Source: Escherichia phage nieznany. Taken from it: a stretch of 64,000 nt of DNA. A program made the position numbers and the translations under genes. The notes under the pieces are model-generated. The model saw only the letters and a list, made by a program, of their open reading frames with translations. It did not search any database and was not told the DNA's origin. The DNA lies in the sequence record NC_052659.1; one strand, 5' to 3'. Shown here piece by piece: positions 38,144 through 48,447 of the stretch. Position 1 is the first letter of the stretch; each line of letters starts with the position of its first letter.

Positions 38144-41020
38144 TTACTCGGTAACGTCCACACTAATGTTTGCCATTGTCAAAACAGTAAGTGCAGGAAT
38201 ATTGCTCGAATCCAAAACAGGTAATGCATTTTGGGGATTAAGTTTTTTGTATAAAGCATACAACCCAAAACCACGTAACAACTCTCCAGCGTGGAAGCCA
38301 AAGAAGACTCCGTTATCACTGTCTGGTCTAGGAGCAGCACTCCAACAACCATTCATAACGTGATTAGGACCAAGAACAATATAGTTTTCCTGAATAAGTT
38401 CAAAACAGCGGTCTGCTACTATTTTAATGTTAGGAATTTCTGAATCATATCCAGCCATCCCCATTATAGCACATCCCGCCATAAAGAGCGCAGACATGTG
38501 ACTTGTAAAGTCATCTACAGGCGCAGCCACTTCTCCGTTGGGATAAAATATTGTTGGTGTTCTTCCTTCGTTGTTATCTTGGAACCACTTCAGGTAGTTG
38601 ATCCAGTTTTTACAAACTGTTAAAAGTTTTTCAGGAACTTCGGCTCCTCGTCGCTTTAGTTCGTATACCGTATGACACGCACAGAAGAATGCTCGTGCTT
38701 CATAACCATCCCAAGCTTTATCGTTCCAATGATACATTGTGAACTCATTTTTGTTTCCATATTTATGAGCATCCCAACGATCCCAAACATAAGCTTGTGC
38801 CATTGGCCCAGGCATTACAGGGGCAAACTTATTATAAAACCACATTTGTGAATCATATAAAAAGTCTATACTGTTGTTCATACGAACCCAGTCAATATCT
38901 CTCCCTTTAAAACAATATAAGGATGGGTATTGATAACCTGGGTAAGGAATACCACGCCAACCGTCATATAATGCTGTGTTAGGATCACTAATATTGGAAA
39001 ATGGAATGATTCCTGGAGTATAATTCAAACTGTCAAGTTTGTAGTCCAGTATTGTACAATCTCCAAGTTTTGCTGTATAAGGATTTTCAGATGAAACTGT
39101 AACCCTGAAATACATTGTGTAATCATCGCCAGCGGCTGAAGAATACAAAGATGGGATATCGTTAACGCAATAAAAGTCGATTGCCCCTGTCAAGCCATTT
39201 GCAGGTTCAGAATCCAATGCAATATTGATCTGATCAACAGCAGTCAGGTTTATTGACGAAGGTTTTGCCTCTGTGTCTTCGTGATTAGGTTGCCAAGTAC
39301 TTAATTTGAAATCGGCAGGACTTAAAGCTTTAGTAACCCATGCAGAATTTGTTTTTTCTAACATGGCCCACCATCTCCAACCTGCGGAATCCGTAATAGT
39401 GATGTTAAAATCATCTGCGTATGAACGATACGTAATAGATTTTAAATTGGCTGTTTTAGTTGGTGTTAACCAAAACCCAACAGTAAAACCACCATCTGAA
39501 TCCATATTAGCAGAAACTATCTGATCACTATTTGTCCCAGCAATACCAGTTGCATATTTATATTGTATCACAGTATTGCTTCCCCAGTCAACAATAATTC
39601 TGGGTTCAGCAATAATATATACACCACCTCCAGGAGGTTCGGTGCGCATAAAACTAGATAAAGGTATATCCATCTTAGTCATATTAGCTGCACCAAGAGG
39701 TAAGCCACAACGATATGTCACTGTGTCTGTTTCACTCTTAGTCTTGCTTAATTCTAACTCTGGACGGAAAAGAACACCTTCCCCTGCATCATCTACACCT
39801 TGAAACTCAATACGCAGTTTTGAATTCTGATCCACTCTGAACCAAACTGCCTGTTGTTCTAGAGTTGTTTGTGCTGAAACATCTTGGCGAATTACTGTGT
39901 ATCCTAATTCGTCACGAGAATATTTAGGTATTGCTGTAGATGGGTATGAGTAATCATACGAGATACCATCTGTAAAAGGAATTATTGCTGTCGTAGATCT
40001 ACGGAAGAATTTATCAAACATATCGATGTTTGAGTAGTCTTGACACAACAATAAAGAAGATTGCCAGCAAAGCCAGTATTTTCTCTCTCCTGTGATCTGA
40101 TACATCAAGTAGTTTGCATCACACCACCACGTTTCAGCATCGGAAGCATTATCTTGATAGCCTAACTCTACCGGAACGTTCACAGGACGGTTATGCCACA
40201 TCTCATTACGCTTAAGCAGATATCCACCGTGTTCTACAGGATTGCATGTAGCGTAGTTGAATTTATAGTCCCCGTTCACAGAAGCATTTTTAAGTTGCAC
40301 TGTTCCATATTCTGCGAAGCTGTGACCTGTAGATAAAATGTTACCATCCCAATCAACTTTACGTCCTAGACGATCTATAATCCATTCAACGTCCCACTGA
40401 TCTCCATATTCTTTCCAGTTGGTTGAACCATCTGGGTTAGTTGCATACACTGTTGCGTTAACAGAGTTCCAACCAAGATTACCATTGAAAGCAAACCAAG
40501 CTTTATCTAAGTATTCTCCCCAGTGTGGCGCACCTTTAGGAATAATAGTCCTTCCGTTAATCCAAGTCATCATGCTACCTTTGAACCCACCGTGCGTAGG
40601 ATACCCATCATCTGTGAGAGGGTAATGTGCTAAACGTGGTTCTTTACCATTGATGATCCAGTTGGGACGATATTTAGCCGGAGGATCAGGAATAGGTTGG
40701 CCCCCGAAGAAGTGATCTATATAGGCTTGCCAATACTTCTCGGCAGATTCAAGATATTTTTTATCCCCTGTAGCCAAATATGCATAAGCAAAACCAGTGA
40801 TAAGCACAGATTGACCTTCGGTAGTAGCGTCACCGTTTGGTTGCCCTTCCTGCGCTGTCCAGTTAATAAAGTGTCTGTTGTTCGCCAATACGTTTTGTGG
40901 GTTGATAATGTAATGCTGAACCGTAGGATCTATGGTAAGCCCAGTATTTCTTTCCAAAAACTGAACCAACCCTTCAATCAACTGAAACGTGTTGTCAATA
41001 TTGTGCTTAACTCTTGACAT
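38144..41020 (-). CDS. large tail/baseplate structural protein (possible enzymatic tailspike)
   Basis: 958 aa, Trp/Tyr-rich, in tail module; function inferred from position only. Confidence 0.35.
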   Translation of the reverse strand: MSRVKHNIDNTFQLIEGLVQFLERNTGLTIDPTVQHYIINPQNVLANNRHFINWTAQEGQPNGDATTEGQSVLITGFAYAYLATGDKKYLESAEKYWQAYIDHFFGGQPIPDPPAKYRPNWIINGKEPRLAHYPLTDDGYPTHGGFKGSMMTWINGRTIIPKGAPHWGEYLDKAWFAFNGNLGWNSVNATVYATNPDGSTNWKEYGDQWDVEWIIDRLGRKVDWDGNILSTGHSFAEYGTVQLKNASVNGDYKFNYATCNPVEHGGYLLKRNEMWHNRPVNVPVELGYQDNASDAETWWCDANYLMYQITGERKYWLCWQSSLLLCQDYSNIDMFDKFFRRSTTAIIPFTDGISYDYSYPSTAIPKYSRDELGYTVIRQDVSAQTTLEQQAVWFRVDQNSKLRIEFQGVDDAGEGVLFRPELELSKTKSETDTVTYRCGLPLGAANMTKMDIPLSSFMRTEPPGGGVYIIAEPRIIVDWGSNTVIQYKYATGIAGTNSDQIVSANMDSDGGFTVGFWLTPTKTANLKSITYRSYADDFNITITDSAGWRWWAMLEKTNSAWVTKALSPADFKLSTWQPNHEDTEAKPSSINLTAVDQINIALDSEPANGLTGAIDFYCVNDIPSLYSSAAGDDYTMYFRVTVSSENPYTAKLGDCTILDYKLDSLNYTPGIIPFSNISDPNTALYDGWRGIPYPGYQYPSLYCFKGRDIDWVRMNNSIDFLYDSQMWFYNKFAPVMPGPMAQAYVWDRWDAHKYGNKNEFTMYHWNDKAWDGYEARAFFCACHTVYELKRRGAEVPEKLLTVCKNWINYLKWFQDNNEGRTPTIFYPNGEVAAPVDDFTSHMSALFMAGCAIMGMAGYDSEIPNIKIVADRCFELIQENYIVLGPNHVMNGCWSAAPRPDSDNGVFFGFHAGELLRGFGLYALYKKLNPQNALPVLDSSNIPALTVLTMANISVDVTE

Positions 41021-41493
41021 TAAATAACTCCTGCTAAAACTAAGCTACCTGTCCAAGTTGCACCATTATCATAACTGATAAACTCAAAAGTGTCTGTTGC
41101 ACCTTGACGATAACTCAAAACTGGGGGACGACCAAAACTCCATTTTACAGAAGAAGGCCATACGACTTTATTTGCACCACTTCCTTGACGCAAAGCTAAA
41201 GTAAAGTTTAAAACTGCATTTGTTGCTACTGGAATATTAGTAAAACTAATTGTGCACGTTGCAGAAGATAAAGTTGCAGAAAAATATTCTGCTGAACTAA
41301 TATCTAATGCCAAGGTGCTGGTTACTGTTCCCCGTGCATTCAGACGGTTTCTAGTTACCCCTGCACCACTCAACAGCACTTTCAAAGAAGTTTTCTTTGT
41401 TATTCCAGCCTGATCTGTTACAAAGAAATCTGTATCAGACACAGAGGTTGTTTGTGTAAGATCAGAAATTTTGATCGTAGTTAAATCTGCCAT
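41020..41493 (-). CDS. hypothetical tail protein
   Basis: ORF, translationally coupled to neighbours. Confidence 0.35.
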   Translation of the reverse strand: MADLTTIKISDLTQTTSVSDTDFFVTDQAGITKKTSLKVLLSGAGVTRNRLNARGTVTSTLALDISSAEYFSATLSSATCTISFTNIPVATNAVLNFTLALRQGSGANKVVWPSSVKWSFGRPPVLSYRQGATDTFEFISYDNGATWTGSLVLAGVI

Positions 41494-42119
41494 TACTCTT
41501 CTACTCCTGTCATAGCTGTTATACCGAAATTATTGTTTGTAGTTAATGCATCACCTTTTTCGTTAACCATGATTCTTTCCACTGCTGACTCTGTAGACCA
41601 TTCATTCCACCAAGTAGAGTAGGTATCACGTGGCAAACCAACAAAGTTGATAAAGCGATAAAGTCTATTCGAATTCTCAACAATACTGTAAGCTTCACAA
41701 ATGATCGCTGCATTGTCTTCACCAGCTTCAGGGTAAATAAACTCTTCAGAAGGTTGAGTATTGAATATAGATGTTACTGTATCTGCTCCTACTGTGACCA
41801 TAACTGTCATTGAGTAATAACGTTGATCCATGTCATAAGCAGATTTATAACTGTTTATTGTATCTATGTAAACGTTTTTGGCAATCTCTGCTAAAAATAT
41901 TCTGTCTACAATATCTTTCTTTCTAGCAACACCAATAATCTCTTGTAAGTAAGGAACACCGAAGTTAGTATTTAAAAACCACTCCCCACGATACGTGTTC
42001 AGAGTTATCCCAAGAGTTTGTGCTGCAATTTCTGTTCTGGTTGTAGTGAGGACCAAATCCCCATCATCCATGATGAGGTCGTTGTTTGGTCCAAGTTTTA
42101 AGTCAAAAGGGATTCCCAT
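41493..42119 (-). CDS. putative baseplate protein
   Basis: ORF in baseplate module. Confidence 0.35.
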   Translation of the reverse strand: MGIPFDLKLGPNNDLIMDDGDLVLTTTRTEIAAQTLGITLNTYRGEWFLNTNFGVPYLQEIIGVARKKDIVDRIFLAEIAKNVYIDTINSYKSAYDMDQRYYSMTVMVTVGADTVTSIFNTQPSEEFIYPEAGEDNAAIICEAYSIVENSNRLYRFINFVGLPRDTYSTWWNEWSTESAVERIMVNEKGDALTTNNNFGITAMTGVEE

Positions 42120-42120
42120 G

Positions 42121-42855
42121 TTAGGCTCCTGTTGGTTTTAAGGACTCGGCACTTGAGCTACCGCTCTGAATGTTACGAACCGTGTGCGTGTGAGTATGGA
42201 ATCCGATGCCATTACCATCTGTCATCAAACCGTTCTGATCTATTTTAAGACCATTGATATCTGCCACGCCGCCTTTGAAAGTTAAATTACCACCTTTTAG
42301 ATCCAAAGTCCCTGTGCCATCTGTAATAGTAATACCGGAGGTAGTAATATCTATTTTCATCCCTTGACTATTCCATATTGAAATATTACCTGTAGGGTCG
42401 AAAGAAGCGTACGTGTTTTTGTTATTAGAAATAACTACCTTTTCAGAATCTACAGCTTCTGTTGAATCTGTTCCTGTAGCTATTTTGGGAATAAAACAAA
42501 TAGGGTATAATCCACAAGGCTGCATAAAAGTGGATGATGAAGAGGTTTCTCCACTAGTTTGCAGTGCATTAGAAGGATCTCTTTCAGAAAATATAACAGT
42601 TCCTAAATCGCCAGCTTTAATAGGGAATGAGATTCTTCCTGTCCCACCCCCATTAACCATAAAAGGAACATCTTCAAAAGTAGGGTAATCTATTTCATCT
42701 TCACTAGATCGTGTGTTTTTAACAATAGATTCTAAAGTGACAGTTTTAGCACCATAATTAACGCCAGTCACACGGACTGGCAGGGCTGTATGGACTTCTG
42801 CTAATTGTTCTGTCATTAAGCCACGCATTGCTGTGACAAAATTTAATGCATCCAT
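42121..42855 (-). CDS. putative baseplate spike/assembly protein (gpV-like)
   Basis: Gly-rich C-terminal repeats and position after hub-like gene. Confidence 0.35.
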   Translation of the reverse strand: MDALNFVTAMRGLMTEQLAEVHTALPVRVTGVNYGAKTVTLESIVKNTRSSEDEIDYPTFEDVPFMVNGGGTGRISFPIKAGDLGTVIFSERDPSNALQTSGETSSSSTFMQPCGLYPICFIPKIATGTDSTEAVDSEKVVISNNKNTYASFDPTGNISIWNSQGMKIDITTSGITITDGTGTLDLKGGNLTFKGGVADINGLKIDQNGLMTDGNGIGFHTHTHTVRNIQSGSSSAESLKPTGA

Positions 42856-43865
42856 TATTTCTCCTTAGTCATTATTTCAGACACGGATACACACTCCACT
42901 TCAGTAACCCACTCTTTACCCTCTTTATCACCATTGTGAGAAACAGAAACAACTTTAAATGGACCATCATAATCTCGGCTTTTTAACCAGATTGTTTTTT
43001 CTGGTAATATTGCACCATTCATTTGGCATTTGAATTTAACACCATCTGTAGGTTTCTTTGCCTTCTTAGATGACTTGGTAACTTTTTTAGTAGGTTTTAT
43101 ATCGTTGTGGAATGGTTCTGGACTTCCTATCAGACCAGTTTCAGGGCTAATGTAGGCGCTACGTGCACTAGACATTTGTGAACGAGGAGTGACATAAACA
43201 GATCCATCTTGTATTGACACATTGTGATCAATACTTTTACAAATATGTTCTAGGTAATGTGAAGTGTTTCCACACATAGCTGTTGCTGAGGATAAGGTTT
43301 GATCATTATCTACGTGTATATTACCTTCTGTAGTTCCTAAATCCTTTACCAAATCTGTCACAACACGTTTGATTTTAGTTCCTTTTGGATAACTGCGGCT
43401 TGTTCTTGCTTCTGCAATGTTAATACCGCCATCCAAACAGTGTAAAGTGGTTTTCCTGTCTACCGAGTCAAAAGTATCACTAACCCACTGGATAGTTCCT
43501 TTGAAGACCATAACCAACTCTTCACCTTCGTATCCTACCGCTAAAGCAACAGCCAAGTTATTTCGGATACCACGGTTTATATAGTTAACAGTATCATCCG
43601 AAAGGTTATAAACTACAATCTCTGCTTGGTTAGGATCTTTGTTATTATCTTTCTTAATACTGAAGGTTATTTGATGGTCTTGCAACAAATACAAATTAGA
43701 AGAGGATTTTTCTGTTGTTCCTAACTTGGTATCCAAATCTACTGTAGATTTAAATGCCGAGTTCTTAGTTCTCTTCTGTATTGTGTTTGTGGCAGAACCA
43801 ATTAATAGTTTGTATGCCCTGTTTAAATTAGGGGCAGGAGCTTTTGTATACTCTCTTTCTGCCAT
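42855..43865 (-). CDS. putative baseplate hub / tail protein
   Basis: Position between tape measure-proximal genes and spike. Confidence 0.3.
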   Translation of the reverse strand: MAEREYTKAPAPNLNRAYKLLIGSATNTIQKRTKNSAFKSTVDLDTKLGTTEKSSSNLYLLQDHQITFSIKKDNNKDPNQAEIVVYNLSDDTVNYINRGIRNNLAVALAVGYEGEELVMVFKGTIQWVSDTFDSVDRKTTLHCLDGGINIAEARTSRSYPKGTKIKRVVTDLVKDLGTTEGNIHVDNDQTLSSATAMCGNTSHYLEHICKSIDHNVSIQDGSVYVTPRSQMSSARSAYISPETGLIGSPEPFHNDIKPTKKVTKSSKKAKKPTDGVKFKCQMNGAILPEKTIWLKSRDYDGPFKVVSVSHNGDKEGKEWVTEVECVSVSEIMTKEK

Positions 43866-43874
43866 ATTATCTCC

Positions 43875-44288
43875 TTACGCCTGATTAGGTTTGTTATCAA
43901 TATAAACCAATACAAAACGTTTATCTCGACCTGTAGTTGTATACCCAGGACGACCATTAATCTTAACTGTATCTACTATATACAATTGACCATCTGGCAC
44001 ACTTTCAAGATATTTATAAGGTTTAAGAAGATCTAAACCATTTGTAACTTTGAAACTTATACTTGGATCATCTCCAGATAATCCAATCTGACATTGCCAA
44101 GACTCGTCCCTAGTGTTCCACCTTAAACGAATGTCATAATCAACCCCATCCAATGTAACTGTATATGTTTGATCAGGATACTCTTCAGTTTTCAGATACC
44201 ATGCAAAATAAGTAGAATGGTCCTCTAGATAAACTGCACTGTAGCCTGTATTACTTGTAGACCTTGTTGTTTTAGAATAAGTTGTCAC
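43875..44288 (-). CDS. hypothetical tail protein
   Basis: ORF. Confidence 0.35.
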   Translation of the reverse strand: MTTYSKTTRSTSNTGYSAVYLEDHSTYFAWYLKTEEYPDQTYTVTLDGVDYDIRLRWNTRDESWQCQIGLSGDDPSISFKVTNGLDLLKPYKYLESVPDGQLYIVDTVKINGRPGYTTTGRDKRFVLVYIDNKPNQA

Positions 44289-44290
44289 TA

Positions 44291-44992
44291 TTAACCTCCG
44301 TTGTTTGTTGGGGTATTAGTAGCTTCAGCAGTTCTTACTGTAATATCTGACTTAGGACCATTCGAAGCAACTTGACCTTTCACATCACCACCAGTCGATT
44401 TATTTGGTGCTGTTTTTACAGCAATAGCATTAGTAGTGGCCTTAGAAACGAGACGGATTTGTTCAAACTCTAAATCAAATTGCATAGCAAATTCAGATTT
44501 ATAATCATAAGAGTAGCCTTTGAGAATAACATTTTCAAAAGTCCTATGTTCTGTCAAAAGAACTATTGGTTGTCTTGACTCAAATATTTGATCTAAATAT
44601 TCTATTGCTTGAGAAATCCTTGCCCCATTTACACCTGCACTGTATAATTGATCTCGCATAAGCCGAATTGGTGTTTCGGTAATTATACCTGAAAGTTTAA
44701 ATCTGTTGTTTTTTATTTGAACGTGGTCACTTACATCCGATCCTGATTCTACTGGAAAACTTGTAACATCTGCCTCACGAGTTACACCTACTTCAGGGAC
44801 CGAATCGAAAGTAATTGCTTTAAAGTTTTGAATGTATTGATCACTTGAACTATTATAAACACTTGCTAAAATGCAGAAACCATTATCACCCTTTACAGTA
44901 GATGCCGAGGTATTTTTATTCTCGGTAGAGTTGATTTCCTGTTCTGCCTTATAGACGGCTCTCACCGACTGTTGTGGAGTCATTGCTGCCAT
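44291..44992 (-). CDS. hypothetical tail protein
   Basis: ORF immediately downstream of tape measure gene. Confidence 0.35.
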   Translation of the reverse strand: MAAMTPQQSVRAVYKAEQEINSTENKNTSASTVKGDNGFCILASVYNSSSDQYIQNFKAITFDSVPEVGVTREADVTSFPVESGSDVSDHVQIKNNRFKLSGIITETPIRLMRDQLYSAGVNGARISQAIEYLDQIFESRQPIVLLTEHRTFENVILKGYSYDYKSEFAMQFDLEFEQIRLVSKATTNAIAVKTAPNKSTGGDVKGQVASNGPKSDITVRTAEATNTPTNNGG

Positions 44993-45089
44993 GATAACCT
45001 CGTAGTAATGATAATGCCAAAAGGAAGATGCAAGATCTTCCCATATTGATTATTGTAACACATATAGAAACTTCGTGTCAAGGGAAACG

Positions 45090-45118
45090 AAAAAACCCCG
45101 CCGAAGCGAGGTATTTTA
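45090..45118. terminator. hairpin terminator downstream of tape measure gene
   Basis: CCCCGC-CGAA-GCGAGG hairpin with A-run upstream and T-rich run downstream on plus. Confidence 0.4.
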
Positions 45119-47107
45119 TTAACCACCAGTGTTAGATTGTCCACTTAGAGTTGAAAGAGACAAACGTTGGAAAATGCTATTTCCGCTATTTTGAATTCTT
45201 GCATCAAGAATATTTCCAAACTCTGAAGAAGGGCTGATCGTAACTTTGATAAGATCACTTGGTATTGCTACCGTATTCTCAACAACAGGTTGATTACGAG
45301 CCAAACTTACGTTAGGTGTATAAGCTGATTCACGTAAATCTTCAAGAGGATTACCAAATCCAAAAGCACGTGTCCTTGTTTGTTCTCCTCTCCACATACG
45401 ACCAATATCTTGTGTATCAATACCTGTTAAATTGTACAACCAATCTGCTACAGGATTGCTGTCTCCACTTTGCGTTGCCTCGTATGCTTTTTGTGCTATA
45501 GGTTTATTAGGATCTGTGTTGTCTCCGAATGTATCTGGGAATGTTTCTTTAAGCCAATTGGTAAAAGATCCGAAACCATCTCCCAATTCTTTAGCAAAAC
45601 CTCCTAATTGAACTGTTGTCTTACCGAGTTCTTCACCTAAATCTTTGGCAAACTGGTCTAGCACTTTAACGTTATCCAACCAAGAATCATCTTTAGGTAA
45701 GGCTTTCACAAAACCCTCTAAGAAGTGGTTCTGCATACCTTGACCTACAAGCTGAACTGTTGCAGCAAAACGAGTAAACTCTTTAGAAGCATCTATTTGT
45801 TCTTGAGTTAATGTTGCACCTGTTCTTTGAAGCATTTTCAATACTTCATTATACCCTTCGCCGTTTTTACTAAACATACGTTGGTAGTGCATAAGGTCAT
45901 CACCAAGGTTTTCAAGAAGTCGCCCGATTTGAGCAGAGTTCATACCTCGACGCTCACCTTCATTAACAGTAGCCTGAATAAAAGCTAAAGGATCGTTCTG
46001 TAAAGGTTTAAGCTGTTCTGGATTCCATCCAAACAAGTTCATAATGTCATTTATGCCATTATCACCGCCTTTCCACTTCCCTTCTTTCTCATTCCATTTT
46101 GAGGCTAAAACTGTATTACCAAGACGTTCACGAACGTCTTTAATATTATCTATTGACTTAATAATATTTGCAGAGTCTACACCGTTCTGTTCACCCCAAG
46201 CTGTCATTGCCAAAATAGCGTTGGCGTTTGTCTGAACGTTTTCAGCACCACGACTTACAAGTTTAATTCTTTCGTTAGTATTCATCAACGTGTTACCAAC
46301 TACAGAACCACCTGCAAACAGCCCAGCACCTATTAAAGAGGATGCAATCATGCGTGGATTAAGACCTGCTGCACCTTCTTTTAATTGTCCATATCGACGA
46401 TCACGATCACGTTTTTGTTGAGCTAATTCACGCTTACGGTTGCGTTCTATATCTCTAAGTTCACGATTTCGCATACGTATACGCATTTTAGCTTCTGCTT
46501 CTAGCTCTCTACGAATACGGCGACGACCGCGAACCTCGTCTTCTATTTCGGCATTCTTTTCACGATGAGATCTGCGTAAGGCATCTAACTGGTGAGCAAG
46601 AGCTTGGTTCATACGTTGAAGAGTTATTTCACCCTTTTTGTATTGCTCTACAGCTTTACCCATAACGTCCCTAGCTTCTTGCATAGCACCAGGACTGGCT
46701 TTACTAAATGCTCTTGCTCTGTAGTTAAAGTTCTGCAAACGAAGATTACCTAAATCTTCCCTACGTGCTGCTGCTTTAGCTTCGCGTTCAGCAGCTTTAC
46801 GAGCTTTTTCTTCTTCTCTTCCTTGCGGGGTTTTAGGAGTTCTAGGTCTACCAGATCCTCCTACAGGAGCACCCGCTCCAGCGTGAGTAGGTGCTCGCAT
46901 AGGTTTTTGACTTTGAGTTTGAGCTTTCTTAAGTTCACGCTCAATCTCTTTCATTTGTTGTCTAAACTTGGTCATGTTCATAGTGGGTTGCATTTTATTT
47001 GCAAACTTCTGAACACTCAACACGGCATCTTTTGCTTCCTTGAGACTGTTCTTGTCCACCTTAAACGTAACCACGTTACTAATTTTGGAGGCGTTAATTT
47101 CTAACAA
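45119..47107 (-). CDS. tail tape measure protein
   Basis: 662 aa, long charged coiled-coil segments (Arg/Glu/Lys-rich), downstream of tube and chaperone genes. Confidence 0.6.
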   Translation of the reverse strand: MLEINASKISNVVTFKVDKNSLKEAKDAVLSVQKFANKMQPTMNMTKFRQQMKEIERELKKAQTQSQKPMRAPTHAGAGAPVGGSGRPRTPKTPQGREEEKARKAAEREAKAAARREDLGNLRLQNFNYRARAFSKASPGAMQEARDVMGKAVEQYKKGEITLQRMNQALAHQLDALRRSHREKNAEIEDEVRGRRRIRRELEAEAKMRIRMRNRELRDIERNRKRELAQQKRDRDRRYGQLKEGAAGLNPRMIASSLIGAGLFAGGSVVGNTLMNTNERIKLVSRGAENVQTNANAILAMTAWGEQNGVDSANIIKSIDNIKDVRERLGNTVLASKWNEKEGKWKGGDNGINDIMNLFGWNPEQLKPLQNDPLAFIQATVNEGERRGMNSAQIGRLLENLGDDLMHYQRMFSKNGEGYNEVLKMLQRTGATLTQEQIDASKEFTRFAATVQLVGQGMQNHFLEGFVKALPKDDSWLDNVKVLDQFAKDLGEELGKTTVQLGGFAKELGDGFGSFTNWLKETFPDTFGDNTDPNKPIAQKAYEATQSGDSNPVADWLYNLTGIDTQDIGRMWRGEQTRTRAFGFGNPLEDLRESAYTPNVSLARNQPVVENTVAIPSDLIKVTISPSSEFGNILDARIQNSGNSIFQRLSLSTLSGQSNTGG

Positions 47108-47127
47108 AGTATGTTCCTCGTGTTGGA

Positions 47128-47346
47128 TTAAACAAGTTTCTTAAACAAATCTGACATTTTATTTGTCTGGTTTTGATGTTTTCTCTTTATTGAAGTGTCT
47201 TTAACATACATGGCTTCAACATACTCTTCGTATGTTAAATACTCATATAGTTTTAAAAGATAATCTACACCGTAGTTATCCAATGTTTTCAGTGTTTCCG
47301 AGGTATCTTTAACGACTTTGCAAAGAATAACCTCATACCACTTCAA
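47128..47346 (-). CDS. possible tail assembly chaperone (downstream segment)
   Basis: Small ORF between chaperone-position gene and tape measure. Confidence 0.3.
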   Translation of the reverse strand: MKWYEVILCKVVKDTSETLKTLDNYGVDYLLKLYEYLTYEEYVEAMYVKDTSIKRKHQNQTNKMSDLFKKLV

Positions 47347-47393
47347 AGTAAGGGTTTTCGTTGCTGTGTCGATAGCATGTTCAATCGCAGGTG

Positions 47394-47876
47394 TTAATTT
47401 GCTGCTAAACTCGTCATCGCCTGAAGCTGTGTGAACAGTTTTCCGAAACCTCGTTTGAAAAAAGGGCCGTAGTTTACCTCCAGAACTTTAGCAGTAAGAT
47501 CTAACACTAGTTCTGGGTGAGCCATAAATAATTCATCAAAATTTTCTGCAACGTTATAACCGTCTTGAGTATAAACCTCATCTAAAATTTTACGCAAAAA
47601 GACCGTTAAATTCTTTTCTTCCAAACCTGCAAAAAGTTGGATCAGTGCCATAGCAATACGTGACTCAAGGTCTTCGTCTGCGGACATTGTTGCTGTGCTA
47701 TACATAGTCATAGGAACAACCAGAACACTACCCAATTCTGGAATCCTGTCAAACACTTTAGATGGACTCCACTTCATAATACGGAAAGTAACAGATCTGT
47801 TTCCATCTAACGGAATCTCAACTACTTCTTCTGGTCGAGCATATTTTTGAATTGTGTTATCTTGTTCTTGTGACAT
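47394..47876 (-). CDS. putative tail assembly chaperone
   Basis: Position between tail tube and tape measure. Confidence 0.35.
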   Translation of the reverse strand: MSQEQDNTIQKYARPEEVVEIPLDGNRSVTFRIMKWSPSKVFDRIPELGSVLVVPMTMYSTATMSADEDLESRIAMALIQLFAGLEEKNLTVFLRKILDEVYTQDGYNVAENFDELFMAHPELVLDLTAKVLEVNYGPFFKRGFGKLFTQLQAMTSLAAN

Positions 47877-47894
47877 ATTTTCCTCTCTAATGAT

Positions 47895-47920
47895 AAAAAG
47901 GGCATTTCTGCCCTTTATTT
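47895..47920. terminator. bidirectional hairpin terminator after tail tube gene
   Basis: AGGGCA-TTTC-TGCCCT hairpin flanked by A-run and T-run. Confidence 0.5.
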
Positions 47921-47921
47921 A

Positions 47922-48401
47922 TTATTGAATTGTCAGAGCAGAGATTGAGTTAAGGGTGCTCAAACCTACACCAACTTCATTACGCAGAAGACTTGCATCT
48001 TTAAGACCAATAACCCATTGGTTCTCTGTAATCATTTCGCCAATAGTATCTTCAGGCTGACTTTGAATCCATCCAATCGTGCTAATGTAATAGCCACGTG
48101 GGTCTTCCAAGTAAACACTGAACGCTACTTGACGAGTAGAATACATTGTTTGTGCATATGTTGCAAGCACTTCGTTAGCTGGAGATGTGCGTTGCAAAGA
48201 CATTGTGAGTGTTCCCAAACGGTTACGACTCAAAGCTAGTGAAACGTCGCCATCAGTCCCTGAATAAGGGTTGATAATATCGTTAGATTTAGCAATAACG
48301 ATTTTAGTATCAGCCGCAAAACCCCACGGTTCCCAACCACCTAATGAAAGGATAACTTGAGATGGGTCGTAGGCCATTACGCCAGTAAGCATTTTATCCA
48401 T
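47922..48401 (-). CDS. tail tube protein
   Basis: 159 aa ORF immediately downstream of sheath gene. Confidence 0.5.
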   Translation of the reverse strand: MDKMLTGVMAYDPSQVILSLGGWEPWGFAADTKIVIAKSNDIINPYSGTDGDVSLALSRNRLGTLTMSLQRTSPANEVLATYAQTMYSTRQVAFSVYLEDPRGYYISTIGWIQSQPEDTIGEMITENQWVIGLKDASLLRNEVGVGLSTLNSISALTIQ

Positions 48402-48447
48402 TATAGATCCTCTTTATTTTGATAACGGGGGCTTAACCCCCGCCATA

